64,000 bases of DNA from Cyanophora paradoxa CCMP329 (lineage: Eukaryota; Plantae; Glaucophyta). Location of the stretch: NCBI GenBank assembly GCA_004431415.1, contig QPMI01000453.1:372001-436000 (forward strand). Reading direction: 5' to 3'. This document shows positions 11,001 to 24,800 of this stretch, in pieces. Position 1 is the first letter of the stretch. Every line of letters begins with the position of its first letter. The position numbers were made by a program, and so were the translations under genes. The notes below the pieces were generated by a model, which saw nothing but the letters and a program-made list of their open reading frames with translations, ran no database searches and was not told the origin of the DNA.

Positions 11001-14000
11001 GCGCGTCACGTAAAGTAGAGCGGGAAGCCTCGCGAACGGACGGACCTTGGGCAGGGCCTTTCCGTGCTGCTCCATGAGGGCCTCCAGGCGCCGCCGCTCC
11101 TCGGCAGCCTCGACCAGCTCCCGGTCCTTTCGGGACCGGTCGAGCATCATGTTCAGCAGCGCGCTCCGCTTCCGGTCCGCTTCGTCGGGCCACACCGCCG
11201 CCGCCGCCTGGTCGACAACATAGAAAATTAGATGGATAAGACTTAGATTAGATAGAGAGTACCTCGTCGTTCATCTCCGTGTCGGCGCCGGGCTTCGGCT
11301 TCGCGTTCGCGTAGGGGAGGAGGGCGTAGAGTCCCCCGCCCGCCTCCACCGCCGGCCGTATGCCCGCTGGGGGGTACGTCAGACCAGCCATCCTAGCCAA
11401 GCGGCGCGGCCCAGTTCTAGCCAAGCGGCGCGGCCCAGTACCCCGGCCTAGCAGCCCGGCCAGGGGGTACAGCCTAGCGGGGTGGGGGGGTACAGGGTAC
11501 AGCTGGCGCACGGTTCTTGGCGAGAGCGGCAAGGACCAGCACGCAGGCGCGCTCCAGCGATCCGCTCGAGTCCCGCAGGATCGCCACGATGCGCTGCAGG
11601 CGGAGAGAGCGGGAAGGTGAGATCAAATCAAGGCGAGAGTGGTCAAGCCAGGGCAAGTCGGACCTGCATGCTGGGGAGGAGCTGCCTGTGCGTCTCCACG
11701 AGCTTGGCGAGGAACGAGAGGGCGCAGAGGGCCTCGTTCGTCGTGTCCGACTTGCCGTGCGCGTCCTCCTCCAGCTTCTCGAGGAGCCGGACGAGGAATC
11801 CCTCCTGGGCGGGCAGAGCGGGTCGAGGTGAGCGCGGCCGTCTAGGACACTAGGTGGGGGCCGTCTAGGTGGAGCAATCGAGCAGTGTCCCCTTCTGACC
11901 CCGTGCAATCAGGAACAGCGTCTAGGACACTGCCCCCGCTATCCTAGACGGCAGAGCGGCCTAAGCGGACGTTGAAGAGATTTAAGATTTAGTGCTCTCC
12001 CCTGCCCTTTCACCTTAAAATCTCATCTAACCACACGCGTGGCACGGACCTTGAAGAGCTTGCCGCGCATCTCGACGTGCGAGGCCAGGTGGTGGCAGCA
12101 GCGGAAGCCCTGCAGCTGGATCTGCGGGGAGGGACGGTCAGAGCGCAGCTCGGCTTGGCCTGGCTCGCAGCTCGGCTTGGCCGAGCTCGCAGCTCGGCTT
12201 GGCCTAGCTCGCAGCTCGGCTTGGCCGAGCTCGCAGCTCGGCTTGGCCTAGCTCGCAGCTCGGCTTGGCCTAGCTCGCAGCTCGGCTTGGCCTAGCTCGC
12301 AGCTCGGCTTGGCCCAGCTAGCTTGAAGCTCGGCTTGGCCTAGCTCGCAGCTCGGCTTGGCCTAGCTCGCAGCTCGGCTTGGCCTAGCTAGCTTGAAGCT
12401 CGGCTTGGCCTAGCTCGCAACTCGGCTTGGCCTAGCTAGCTTGAAGCTCGGCTTGGCCTAGCTCGCAACTCGGCTTGGCCTAGCTAGCTTGAAGCTCGGC
12501 TTGGCCTAGCTCGCAGCTCGGCTTTCTAGCTTGAAGCTCGGAGGCGGGGCGCACCAGCTCCATCGGGTGCTTCATAAGCTCCCGAACGGCACGGAAGAGG
12601 GTGCCCCCCTCCTCCAGCTTCTTGAGCGTGGCCTGGACCTGGGCGGGCGGGCGAGGACGCGTTAGGCGCTTCGAGGCGGGAAGGGCGGCCGCTTGGGGCG
12701 CGGGCGGGCGGGCGAGCGGCGGTCCGTCTGGCTGCTGGGGCGCTGGGGCGGGCGCCCCTCTAAAGACCTTTGAACCATAACTTTAAAGCTTAAGGTGCAA
12801 CCCTAAGCATTCTGAGCATTCGGGCCACGCGGACCTTGCAGAGGGCGGCGAGGAGGGTTGCGGGGGCGAGGCGGTACTGGTGCTGCACGAAGGGGTTCAT
12901 GAGGTCGTTGAAGACGATGGCGTGGAATCCCTGCGGGGGGCGGGCGGGCGAACGCGCGCGCGGGCGAGGTGAGCAAGGTGAGGACGGCTCCCTTCAATAA
13001 AGCTTCGCTTAGGGCGCTGGCGGGCTAGCTGGCGTATGTCCCCTCTAGTCTAGCCTAGCCTAGCGCGGGCGAGGTGAGGACGCGAGCAAGCGAGCGGGCG
13101 GGCGAGGGCGCGTGGAGGGCGCTGGCTAGCTAGCTAGCTAGCTGGCGAATGTCCCCTCTAGTAGTCTAGCCTAGCCGTCCTAGCCTAGCCTAGGTGGGGG
13201 AGTGGGGAAGCGAGCGAGCGAGCGAGCGAGCGAGCGGGTGGAGGGGGGGGAGGAAGCGGGGGGGGGGGGGGGGGGGCCGGGTGGAGGGGCGGATGGGGGC
13301 AGTGCATGCGCCCAGTAGTTTAGCCTAGACGTGCCGGAGGCCTAGCCTCTAAGCTCTGCTCTCTTACGGTCTTACGGACCTTGTCTGCGAACTCGCGGCA
13401 GAACTCGGGGAGGGCCGAGAGGTTGACGAGGAGGGAATAGGTCATGGCGTGCTCGTCCAGGTCGCCCTCGGCCGCCCGCAGCAGCTTCGTCAGGTCCTCC
13501 AGCTTCACGCCGGCCGCGCACTGCTTCGTCGCCCCGGCTGCGAGGGCGGGAAGAAGATCAGGGGGGGGGGGAGGAGAGGGTGGGAGGGGAGGGGAGGGGA
13601 GGGGAGGAAGCTCAAGCTCCAGCTAAGCTTAGGAGGGAAGATGAGTCAGAGGAGAAGCTAAGCTTAGAAGCCTAGAAGAGGGGAGGGGAGACAGCGTTTT
13701 CGAAGAGCTTAGAAGCTTAGATGGGGGGGAGAGGAGAGGCGCGGCGCACTGCCTCCGATGGTGAGGTTTCGGAGGAGGGGAGGAGGCTTTCAGCTCTATT
13801 TGGCTCGTAAGCTTGGCTCTTTAGCTCTTTTTGGCAGGTAGGCCCTCTAAGCTTTAATTAAGATTTCTTTAAGCGCACTGTCTCCGATGGTGAGGTTGCG
13901 CAGGACGGCGAGGCTCGTCATGCGGGCCCCCGAGACGCCCAGGAGCTGGCAGAAGATGGGGACGGCGCCCCGCTGCACCATCTCCTTCCGCCGGAACACT

Positions 14001-14853
14001 GTTCAGGGTTCAGAATTCTTCATTCTGTAGTTGGAGGGCGAGCGGCGCGCACGGTTCTCGGAGACGGAGAGGAGGCGCTCGAGGGCCTGGGCGCGGGATG
14101 CGCGGCCCTGGACCATGTCCAGGAGGTCCGGGATGTTGGCGCGCATCGCCTCCACGTCTTGGCCTGAGGCGCACGAAGCGGAGTGGGCGGCGGCGCGGGG
14201 CGCGGGCCGCGGGGCGCGTGCGCACGGGACTGGGCTATGTTCTTGGCGAGGGAGTCCCAGTTGATGCCGCCCGCCTTGGGCGGCACCCGCGACTTGAAGT
14301 TCGGGCTCTTCATCTCCTGCAGAGCCTGCGCGCGCCCTGGCGGTCGGCGCCCGCCCCCGCGCGCGCCCCGCGGCCCCGCGGCCCCGCGGCCCCGCGCCCT
14401 CGCACTCGCCTCGAAGACGGTCATCGTGACCCCGAACTCCCGCGCCGCCCGCATCTCCCGGATTCCATCCATGAACCTGCTCTCCAGCAGTCAGCTAAGG
14501 ACCCGCGGCGCCGCGGCCCCGCGCGAGAGCCTGAAACGACGGATCGGGTTCGTGCATGTCCTGACCTGTTCTTCACGAGCCGGGCCTTCCATTTGTTCTG
14601 GATTGCGTGGGAGCGCCCTGAAGGACCCGAGCTCTGCGGCCTGTGGCCTTTCTCGCCGCCGCTAAAGCGAACCCGACCTCCGCCGCCTCCCGCGGAGGGT
14701 TGCGCGGAGCCGGGCCGCGGCGAGTCGCCTGCGCAGAGCGACCCCGGAGGTGAGCTCGACTAGCTTACCACACTGCCGCCATCAAAGAGGCGACAGCGCA
14801 CCGGAGCCGGCCCCGAACTCTCCGCCGCCCGGTAACGCCTGCCCGTTACCCAT
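6492..14853 (-). CDS. Multi-exon armadillo/HEAT-repeat protein with a long Gln/Ala/Pro-rich C-terminus
   Basis: The start is gccATGG at 14853 with an in-frame upstream TGA (MGNGQALPGG...). ARM-like exons include EMVQRGAVPIFCQLLG...SLAVLRNLT, LTKLLRAAEGDLDEHAMTYSLLVNLSALPEF, RIVAILRDSSGSLERACVLVLAALAKN and AVEAGGGLYALLPY. Poly-Q exons lie at ~11000-7550 and the last exon ends ...ARGEIMA*. Two apparent frameshifts near 8870 and 8430 fall in G/C-rich runs. Confidence 0.75.
12145..12540. repeat. Intronic minisatellite, 22-bp unit with a 26-bp variant, about 17 copies
   Basis: (GCTCGCAGCTCGGCTTGGCCTA)n with GCTAGCTTGAAGCTC variants and no unique spacers. Confidence 0.95.
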
Positions 14854-15899
14854 GGCTGGCTGGCTCTTGCTACTGCTACCTCAACTTGGTTTTGGCCCTT
14901 GCTGGCCTTGTTGGCCCTGCCATCTGCGGGCCTACTTCGGCAACCAGCAGCTGCTTCTAACGGTCGCTGCTAGCTCCCCTGCAGCTAGCTCTCTTCGTAG
15001 AAGCTCGCCCGGCTGCTATTCGCAAACGCAGACCTGGCGGCGCGCAATGACAGGGCAGCGCTGCTGTACCCCAAGAGTATGGGGGAAGTTGTTGGCGCTT
15101 TCCCCCCCCCGGGGGGGGAGGCTCCGGGGGGGGGGCAGGGCGGGGGGGGCGTTCGCGCTTCCGACGAATCTCGCCTCTCGCAGTCCAGCGCGCGCCGTGA
15201 CGATGGTGGAGAGGAGCGCACGATGGATGCGGTGCTGCAGGCCGCACGACCTGCCACTTCATGCAGGCGGCTCGTCGAATATCGACCTTTCGAACTTGCA
15301 AATTCGATCGTTGACCATGACGTCGTGACTTATCGCATATCAGCACTGATTCAGCAGCGGTAAGCTGCGCGTGCTGCGCAGCCTGCGGCGCTGCGTTCCC
15401 CGGCAGCTCCGAGCTCGAGGCTCATGCATATGATCAGCAGGCTGACAGCAGCTGCAGGTGGCGGCCTGCGGTTCGGAATCGATATCCGATCCCCCCCTGC
15501 GATTCGGCGTGCGGACGCGCAGCTTTCGTGTCTGTCGTCTGCAGTCGCGGTCTAGCTATCAGCTTGCAATTGAAGCGCTACCAGCAGCTGCCTGGCGCTC
15601 GGGCCTGTAGATGTCAGCGGCAGCCGCGGCCGCAGCTTAAGCTTCGCAAATGGATGCGCGCGCGCACGCGCCCTTCCGAGGCCTCCGAAAGCCAGCGCAC
15701 GCGTAAGAGCGCTAGCTAGAACGAAGAAAGCCTGCCCATGCATATGAGGAGCACTGCCTGACTCGTTTCTTGAGGCGCTGCCGGAGAGCCGAGGCTGCAG
15801 CCGGGTCTAGGTAGGACCGCAGCGAGCGCGTCAGATCTGCAGCTGGCCGGCGCGTCTGGATCTTCAGCGCACGGCATGCGCAGAGCAGCCGCCCATGCC

Positions 15900-18800
15900 A
15901 TGGACGATGCGCTCAACTTGAAGATGGCCATGGATTTGACCATGACGGAGCCGCTGGCAGCTGCAGCCGCGGCCAGCGCCGCAGCGCGCGGATCCACATC
16001 CCGCCTTGCGAACACGTCCCATCACGTCACAGCAGCAGCCGTCAGCAGCGCTAGCGGCGGCGGGAGGAGGGGCAGCAACGCTTCGAGCTCCGAGCCGAGC
16101 GCGATCCCGAGCCAGGGGCCCACTCACTCGAACTCGCCGGCGAGCCCCTTGTCCTCCCGCGGCCGCGCCGATGCCTACATCACCGGCCTCCAGCGACCAT
16201 CCCTCGGTGCGGTCAGCATATCCGCCAAGCAGCAGTGCCTCCCAGCGGCCCCGGGGCCCCCTGGTTGGCGGCTTCGCGCGAAACGGAGGGCGCGCCGGAC
16301 TGCCGCCTTCTTCCTATCCATCCGCTTTCTGATGGTCATCGTGACCGTTCTGGAGGTGGGCGTCGCCGTCGCGTGCTCTTGGGCGATCAGTGCGCTTTCC
16401 CGGCTCGTCCTACCTCGAATCTTGCATTCGCAAATTTGATCGCGATCGGGGTCCGGCAGCGTACCACTTCGGCAAGCAGAATCTTGAGTACGTCGCGCGC
16501 CTGCTGGTCTTCGAAAGCCATGACCACATGAACGGAGTAATCGAGGTGCGGCTCGCGCCCCAGCCGCCTTCAAGGCTTCTGAAGCACGCCGCCGCTGATG
16601 CTTTTCGCAGAGTTATCTCCATCAGGCACACGGGTCAACCGAACTCATCTCGAACGCTTTCAAGATGGTAGGTCGCATCTTAAGAGCTTTGCCGGTCTGC
16701 ATTTCCTCCCCTGAATAAACTTGACACGCGTGCACAGGGCATGATGTCAAAGCAGCAGTGGAGGCTCACCCTCGCGGTACCCCCCTGAAGCTTTTTCTCG
16801 GCATGGGTGATGGGGTGCGCGTAGCTTGACGTCGCGGCCACCGCAGGGGCTGCATTGGAGCCTCTCGCGGTCTGCAATCGGGGGTCCGGGGCCGGCCGCG
16901 GCCGCGGCGCGGAGGCCTAGGGCTCGTCGGCTGGAGCACCTGGCCGCTTCGACCAGAAGCGGCCCGAGCTCGCACGTGTCGCCGACAAACCCGGTGCGCG
17001 CGCGCGCGCGCCCGGCCGGAATCGAACCGGATCCGGAGATCGAGCGGCTGTCGAATCCTAACTTTTGGGCGGGGGGGTGCAGCTCTTCGAACACTTCGTT
17101 CGCTTCGCGGACGGAACTGTATACGGCATGCACGTGCGTTCTGCCGAGCCGCGCGTGCACGGGGCGTTAACGTTGGCTATAGCTGGCATCGATGCATCTT
17201 TATAGCTTAACGGGATATCCCGATCCAGGGATCCGCGTTCTTTATAATATTAAGTAATCAATATATATGGCGCAGAGGTGCATTTCGGAGGAGGAGCAGT
17301 GCACATCAGAGTTTCGCGCCATTTTTGGGAACGGTCCGCTCTGTTCTGCCCTCCTTTGAAACCCGCTCGCGTTCCTCAAACGGCGCCCACAGATACGGCG
17401 CTTAGCTCGTACTCCGTCGACGCTCGCGGGCAGCCAACGACCCTCGAACTCGCGGTCCGTATTCCTAGGCCTCGCCCTCTCAGGCCTTCCCTTTGCGTAG
17501 CGCCTAAAGATGGATGCATATGCGCAGTTCATCGGCCCCGCGCCATGCGTTATATGCCCCCGCTCGTTCTACCACGATGCGGTGTCGAGCCCGCATGGGG
17601 CCTCATGGTCCGGGGTTCAAGTCCGGCGCGTTCCGAGCAAGGTGGATCTTGCGAACAACAACGGTGTCCCCGTGAGCGATTCCCGCAGATAGGGTAGCTC
17701 GCGCTCCAGACGAAGCGCGGGTTTCGAACCAAGATATCGCCCGCAGGCCAGAGGAGTTGAGCCGGAGATTCTGAACCGCCTTATGGTCGTGTGAGTCTCT
17801 CCGATTTAATTTGATCCAGCGCCGTCCGCTGCGCTCTTTGCTCCAGATATGTGACGCTGGCGATTCCGCGCATTCGCAGGTACTCGAGCAAAATCCCGGC
17901 AGCGGTGAACGTGGGAGGGTCCCCCGCCTCGCGCTTGGAGGGCCTCCCCGCGCCCCTCGATGAGCTGCTCTTCCAATGGGATACGCGTACTTCTTCGAAC
18001 CCGCAGCAGGTTCTGTCAACTGTAATCTACCCGCCCGCTTCTCCGCGCACTGAGGCAGAGATGGGCCGGGCCGCAGGACGGAACGACGTCGACTGCGACA
18101 ACAAGTGACAGCGACGACGGGCCCACCGTCGTAGGGGTACGCGCCTCTGATAGGAGTACACGCCTCTGTGCGCTGACGCGGTACGCTCGCAGTCTACTAT
18201 GTCTGTGGGCGACCTGAGCAGAATCCTGCGCGATGCGCTCCCGACGGACGACGCCGTCGCTTTCGTGACGACCGAGGTCGGGTCGAATTCCCTTCGCGAT
18301 CGAATTCGACCGCGTCCGCAGAGCTCGAGCTCCAGCTAAGCGGCCGGGCGCGCAGAGCGGCCTTATGATAGCGAGCAGCACGGCCGCGCAGGACGGCGGC
18401 TCCCGCGTGGGCGACGTCTTCGATGCAGCAAGCGGACGGTGCTTGCTTTCGATCCGCCGCGCCGCCGAGCGTTGTCGTGTTGCGGGCTGATCGTTACCCT
18501 TTGTGTCCATGGCCAGGAATGTCCTTGCTAGCGAGAACCCGTTGGCGTTGATACGAGCGATAGCTTCCCAGGTGCGCGTTTCCGATCACGAAAAGCTGAT
18601 ATCGCGCTCTGCAGTCTCGGATCCTCACGCTTCAAATTCGATCCCCGTGCGCAGAACTACGTATACGCGGCCGCGCATGGATCCGAAGAGGCCGCGGCCG
18701 GCGCCGGCGGCTTTGGAGAAGTGCTCTCGATGGAGTTCGAGGTGAGAAGCGCACAAAGTTCACGTACATAGCTGTTATAAGGCTGAATTCGGACGCATGG

Positions 18801-21800
18801 CGTTTGTTTTGTCCGCGCGATTGCATCTGCGTTCTCTGACGCACACTTGCAATCGCGCGCGCGCGCACCAAAATGAAGGGTCGCAAGTACTTCGCTGGCA
18901 GCTCGCAAGTCGTCCACCTTCCGAATCTCAAGTGGTCCCTGTGCGTACGCGTGCTCCGAGCACGCCCATCACAATTGGGAGCTCACAAGCGTTCGTTCGC
19001 TCCTCCTGGTCGAGCACAGATACATTGCCGTGCCGCGAGAAACCCTCTTGAGCGGCATCAACGGCTCGACGACGATCAACATCATCGCCAACTCCATATG
19101 GTACCCATGAATCCATCCGCCTGCTTGCAATAGAAGCTCGCCCGCGACCGCTGCGGCTGGGCTGACGACCCCGCCGCAGGCTGGTCGTGTCTGTCGTTGT
19201 GGCTATCTTCCTCGGCCTCCGCATCACGAAGCCGCTGGTCTCGCTCCGCCGGTCCATGGTCCAGCTCGCTCAGGTGACAAAATAAAGCGATGCGCTTGGC
19301 GTTAACAAATGTAAGCTAACGTGCGCGCGCGCGTTCGAATCCGCAGACGATGACGTCAATGGCTCGCGAGTTCAAATCCGAGACGAGCGGCGCGGACGCC
19401 GGCCCCGGCGCTGGCGCCGGCACCGCAGCCGCGGGCGGGCTGCAGCGCGCCGCCTCCTCTTTCGCTGCCCCGCCCTCTTCGGCCACCTCGCCGACAGCGG
19501 CGCGGGCCTCCTCCGCGGCCTTCCCATCCGCCCTCCCGCGCCACGGCTCTGTACATGTGGACCTGCACCACGGAGCGGGCTCCCCGCCCAACTCGCTCCT
19601 GAACTGCAGCATGACCTCTCGGTCCCTCTCGGGGAACCTGGCGGACGCCGCCGCCGCCGATCGCGATCGGGCCCTCTGCTGCGGGATCTGCTGGTCGAAC
19701 CCGCTGCGGCTGCGGCGCGCGTCGATCGCCATGGGCGCCGTGAGCCAGAGCAACCTGCTGGTGGCCTCCTCCGATCTGGAGGCACCGGCCGCAAAGCCCC
19801 AACAACAACAACAACAAATTCAACAACAAGTTCAACAGCGCCGCGGATCGGGAGCGGACCGCGACCCGCAGCTCCTGGAGAAACACAGGGCGCGCACACA
19901 CGCCCCTCCGCCGACCCCATCCACCCCTCCCCAGATCGATCTAATCTGCTTCTTCGTCCGCAGGTTCGGCAGTCCGTGGCGCTGGGAACGGGTCTCAGGG
20001 AGCTCCAGGCGTTTGAAGACATCATCCGCGCCATGCGCTCGGGCTTCACCGCATTCCGCGACGTGCGTTCGGCTCAACGCCACGATAAATGTAATTTTAA
20101 AGCGTCCTAGTTAGATTATGTTGTTGCCGGGATCTACATACCTAAATTATGCTTGAATAAATTTCTAGGTTCTCTAGGACGTGTGCGCGATCGATCCGAT
20201 TTGCAGCTGCACCTTATGCGCTTAAGCTTGCAATCGATTCGATATCGGCGGCCTTGAATACTACTAACTGAGCGCGCGATCGCTCAGATGAGTTCGACGG
20301 AGCTGACGCTGATGCGCTCGCTCCTCGCGGAGCGCAAGACGAAGATCGAGATGGAGGTGCCCATGTCCCACGAGAAAGCTTGAAAATTTAAACATAATCT
20401 AACGAGAAAGCCTGGAAATTTAAACATAACCTAACGAGAAAGCTTGGAAACACAACCGCCCCATATATGCATGTCCCACGAGATCCCGATATCGATGTCC
20501 CGCCATGACCGCCCCATGTCCGCCCCACCACCCCCGGGATGGTTAGAGTTGGTAAAGGGCACCGCAACGCGTGCCACGCACGCGTGCCAGGGTTGCCCCT
20601 TACTCTACCGCCACACCTACGCCGCCTTGGGCTGTCTCGCTGCCTGACAGGGCGCGACAGGTGCGGGCCGACGAGACCCGCAAGTTCATCTCCACCATGT
20701 CCCACGAGATGCGCACGGTGCGCCGCGTGCACGCTGGCCGTGCAAGCTGAAGCCGTACCGCCCCTTCTTCCCCTCGCGCGATCGCTGATCGCAATCGCGG
20801 CCGCGCCCGCGTCCGCCAGCCCCTGAACGGGATCATCGGCATGCTTCAGGTGCGCTCGGGTTCCCCGCGATTCCTTCGAATTCGGCTCTAGTTCTCGCCT
20901 CTTCTCACGCCGCCCTTCGCAGCTGGCGAAGGACTGCGAGCTCTCTGAGGAGGCGGCAGAGTTCGTCGAGGCCGCCAGCGTGAGCGGCGGTGCGGCGAGC
21001 CTTTGATTTACATCGCCTTTCTAGATTATTATATTAGAACTCTCTTATTAGGCTCTTAGTATTAGATCGCTCTTAATAGGATCTTGATCTGCGATCCCTG
21101 CTTTCTGCGATCTTGATCGACTCATTAACGTTGACATGCGTGCCACGGCCGCGCGCGCGCAGAGCACCTTCTGAGCATCGTCAACGACGTGAGAGCCCTG
21201 GCCCCCCGCCTTCTTATTAGACTATAGCTATAGATTAGAACTGCATCGCTCTTATTAGATAAGGATTACATCGCTCTTGCTAGATTCTTAGATCTCTCGT
21301 ATCAGCCCCCCGCTCCCCCCTAGAATAGATCTAGACGTGAGAGCCCTCCCACCCCCCGCCTTCGTTCGCTTTGGGCGGCTTCGGAGTCCGGCTCGAGCCC
21401 GTACCCCGCGAAGGTCCTGGACCTGCAGAAGATCGAGGCGGGCCTCATCGAGCTCCAGAGCGCGCCGACTCAGATATCGGACCTCGTGCGCATGCATACA
21501 TGTCGGAGACGATTTCGAGAATTCTGACGCGCTCTACTCTTCTAGGTCGAGGCGTCCGTGCGGATCGTGCAGCCGCGGGCCGGGGCGAAGGGCCTCATCC
21601 TCACCTCCTCGGTCGACCCCCGCGTGCCGGCTGTCGTCATGACCGACCCCGACCGGACTCGCCAATGCCTTCTGAACCTTGTCTCCAAGTGCGCCATCCG
21701 CCCTTTAGATCTAATATATATAAGGAAAGCTTAGCTAAGCTCAAGCCAAGCTAATGAACAAGCTAATCTCCACATATACATTTTTGAAAATCTTTGCTTG

Positions 21801-24800
21801 CACTCTCGCCGTACTTGTGTTTAATTTGGGATTCAATTTGCGCAGCGCTGTAAAGTACACTTTGCGCGGATCTGTTCAGGTCAGAATTGATGTTTCTCCG
21901 CTCCGAATGATAGGTTTCCTTGTTTGTTGAGGCGCTTCGAATCCGAAGGTTTGCGTGACGGTGGAGAAGTCCGAATGCACGGGCCCCTGTGCTTGTGATA
22001 CCGCGGCCGACACTGCCGCCTTGGCCGAGGCCGGTGCCGGAGATGGAATCGAACAAGTGACCGCTGGGGACAATTCGAGCGGGCCGCTGTGCATCAAATT
22101 CTGCGTGTCTGACACAGGCGCGTGAGGCAGCTGCAGGCGGGCAGAGTCTGCTCTGCCGGGCGCGAGTCTGCTAGCTGGTCGGCTGAGATTCGCCGCAGGG
22201 CCGGGAATCGACGCGGAATCCCAGCGGCAGCTCTTCACCCGCTTCTACCGGGTCCGGCACGACGCGAAGGACGGGCCCGACCCGGGCGGCACGGGTGCAC
22301 GCTAGCCGGCTCACGTGATTATTAAGCCTGACGTTGCTGCCGCTAGCTAGCTCTAGATCTAGATCTGCGGTTTCGGCATTCGTATTCTGACCCCAAAATT
22401 CTGTCTCAGGGCTCGGCTTAGCGATCAGCAAGGAGATCATCAGCAAGATGGGCGGGCAGATCGGCTGCTCAAGCGAGGTGCGATCGACGTTTCTCGAGCC
22501 TGCAAGCTTTTGGCGCGAGGACGCGCGCTGACGCCGGCCGGCGGGCATGGGCGCAGTTGGGGCGCGGCAGCGTCTTCTGGTTCTGCATACCGCTCCTGCC
22601 CGTGGTCACCCCGGGGCCTCCGGCTCGGCCCATGTCGTTCTCCGCGTGGGAAGAGCCGCCGGAGCTGCAGCTGCCCTCGGGCGCTGGCTCCAGGCGCCCC
22701 CCCGTCACGCGCTCGGTCTCCATGGCGACCCGAGAGACGGATCCGGAGTCGCGAGGGGACTTTACCGGCCGCCCGGCGGTGGAAGCGGCGCCGGTCTCTC
22801 CGCTCAGCCCGACGTATCTCTCGTGCAAGTTCTCCTCGGGCCTGGACGGGCCGGCGCCGCGCCCCACATCATCGGCGGAGGAGGAGACCTCGGTCGACGC
22901 CGCTTCGGGATCGGTGACATGCACACAGCTGCAGCCGTTCGATCGCGAGCCGCGATCCTCCTCGACCGACTCTCCGACCGGGCGCGCGGCGCGCCGGCGC
23001 CCGAGCGCGTGCGCAAGCACTCTGAGCACCACAAACGGTTCGCCGCGACACTCTATAGCTATCTATCTGCCCGGCCACGCCCCACTCTATGCGACACTAT
23101 CTATCTATCTATCTATCTATCTATCTGCTGCGACATTCTATCTATCTGCCCGGCCACGCCCCAGCCCGCGGCCGCTGTCTGTCTGTCTGTCGTCTTCTGA
23201 ACGTCGGCCGCGGTCGCTCTGCAGCTGGCAGCGGGTCGGACTACGACACCTCAAGCAAGGGGGGGCCCACCGCCACGGTCACCGCCGTCTCGAGCGCGCC
23301 CGTCCTCGGCCGCGGGAGCCCCCAGCCGCTCGGAATCCTCGTGGTCGAGGACAACGAAATGTGAGTCGCGCTTTTTATATCCGTGAAAGGAAACACGTCG
23401 ATCAGATTTGCATACATGCGCGCCCGCAATTAAAAACCAACGTGGATCCGACGTCGCCAGCTGACGAATTATCCTCGCCGGCAGGAACACGCGCGTGCTG
23501 CGGGCGATGCTGGAGAGGGAGGGGCACCACATCGCCGAGGCCCACGACGGGCTCGAGGTGCTTTATTTAATTTGGATCTCGAATTCTAACCGTAACCGGA
23601 AATCTATCACTCAAGAAGATACCTTGGATCTCTAGCTCTCGAAATCAGATCGATTACATACAGTCAAAAGTCGAAAAGAGATGGCCTGAGATGACATAGT
23701 TCATATCGATATATATATATTCTCCGACTCGTTCATCGGGATCGCCGGCGCCGGCGCCGCACCGCACGCGCACTGATGTCGGCCGGCCGCGGCCGCGGCC
23801 GCCAGGCGGTGCGGGCGTTCGAGGAGGCGGCCGACCCCGGCGCCTACGACGTCGTCTTCATGGACTGCTCCATGCCCGTCATGTGCGCCGGCGCCCGCGC
23901 CTCATAAGGCTTTGAGCTTACGCGTCGCTTCGAGTCTCTGACGGCTGCCGCGTGCGTGCGCAGGGACGGTGAGCAGCATCATTTCTATGCGATGCATCTA
24001 GTCTGAAATTGTTCGAAGCTGGCGCTAGCGCTGACCCGCGCGCGCGCGCTGGCGCAGGTTTCGAGGCGACGCGGCGGATCCGGGACCTCGAGGGGCGGCG
24101 CGGCTGGGCCCGCCACTTCATCGTCGCCCTCACGGGCCACGCCAGGTATATATATTGTTTTCTGCTATCAAAACGCATTGATTTGCAATTGGGGGCACAT
24201 TAATATCAAGACGCTAAGGAACTGATGTATGCACCCCCCCAACTGCAGCCGAAAAGCTTCAAAACCAATATATAGCCATATTAGAGATCCGGGCCTCCCC
24301 AGTGACCGCCACTCCCCATAGGGCCTCAACCCTTATATTAATTATCTCATCGTCGTCCTCACGGGCCACGCCAGCGCCGAGGACGGGGCCGACTGCATCG
24401 ACGCCGGCATGGACAAGTGGGTGCGCGCGCGTGCAGCCGAAATCGACCCGAAATTGCAAAAGTGGCTTTGGTCTCGCAAAAGACCAACAATAGCATCCCT
24501 GATCGCTGATCGCCGATTATATTACGCAGCTTACGAAACCAATCCGGAAACACATCTTGCTCGAGACGGTGTGTGGCGATCGGATATTTTTATATCATTC
24601 GAGTTCCCTGACCGGCGCCGCCCCTCTGCAGATCGACTCTGCGTTCCCGTCCCGCGGGGCGGCGACCCCCGTCGACCGGCGCCGCCCCTCGACGAACAGT
24701 GCCGTCGTCGCGATCGGGACGCCGTCCCCTCGCCGATCCCGAGACACGCCGGCGCCGCCGCCGACGCCCGTGGCCAGCGCGCGCGGGGCGCGCCCGGCGT

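Noticed and set aside
7562-11013. Long plus-strand ORFs (640 and 922 aa), and similarly 35073-37049 and 40917-42290
   Set aside because: These are antisense shadows of GC-rich minus-strand exons, with Arg/Gly/poly-Leu composition and no domain.
12145-12540. CRISPR-like array
   Set aside because: The units are contiguous with no unique spacers, lie in a spliceosomal intron, and have no cas genes nearby. It is a minisatellite.
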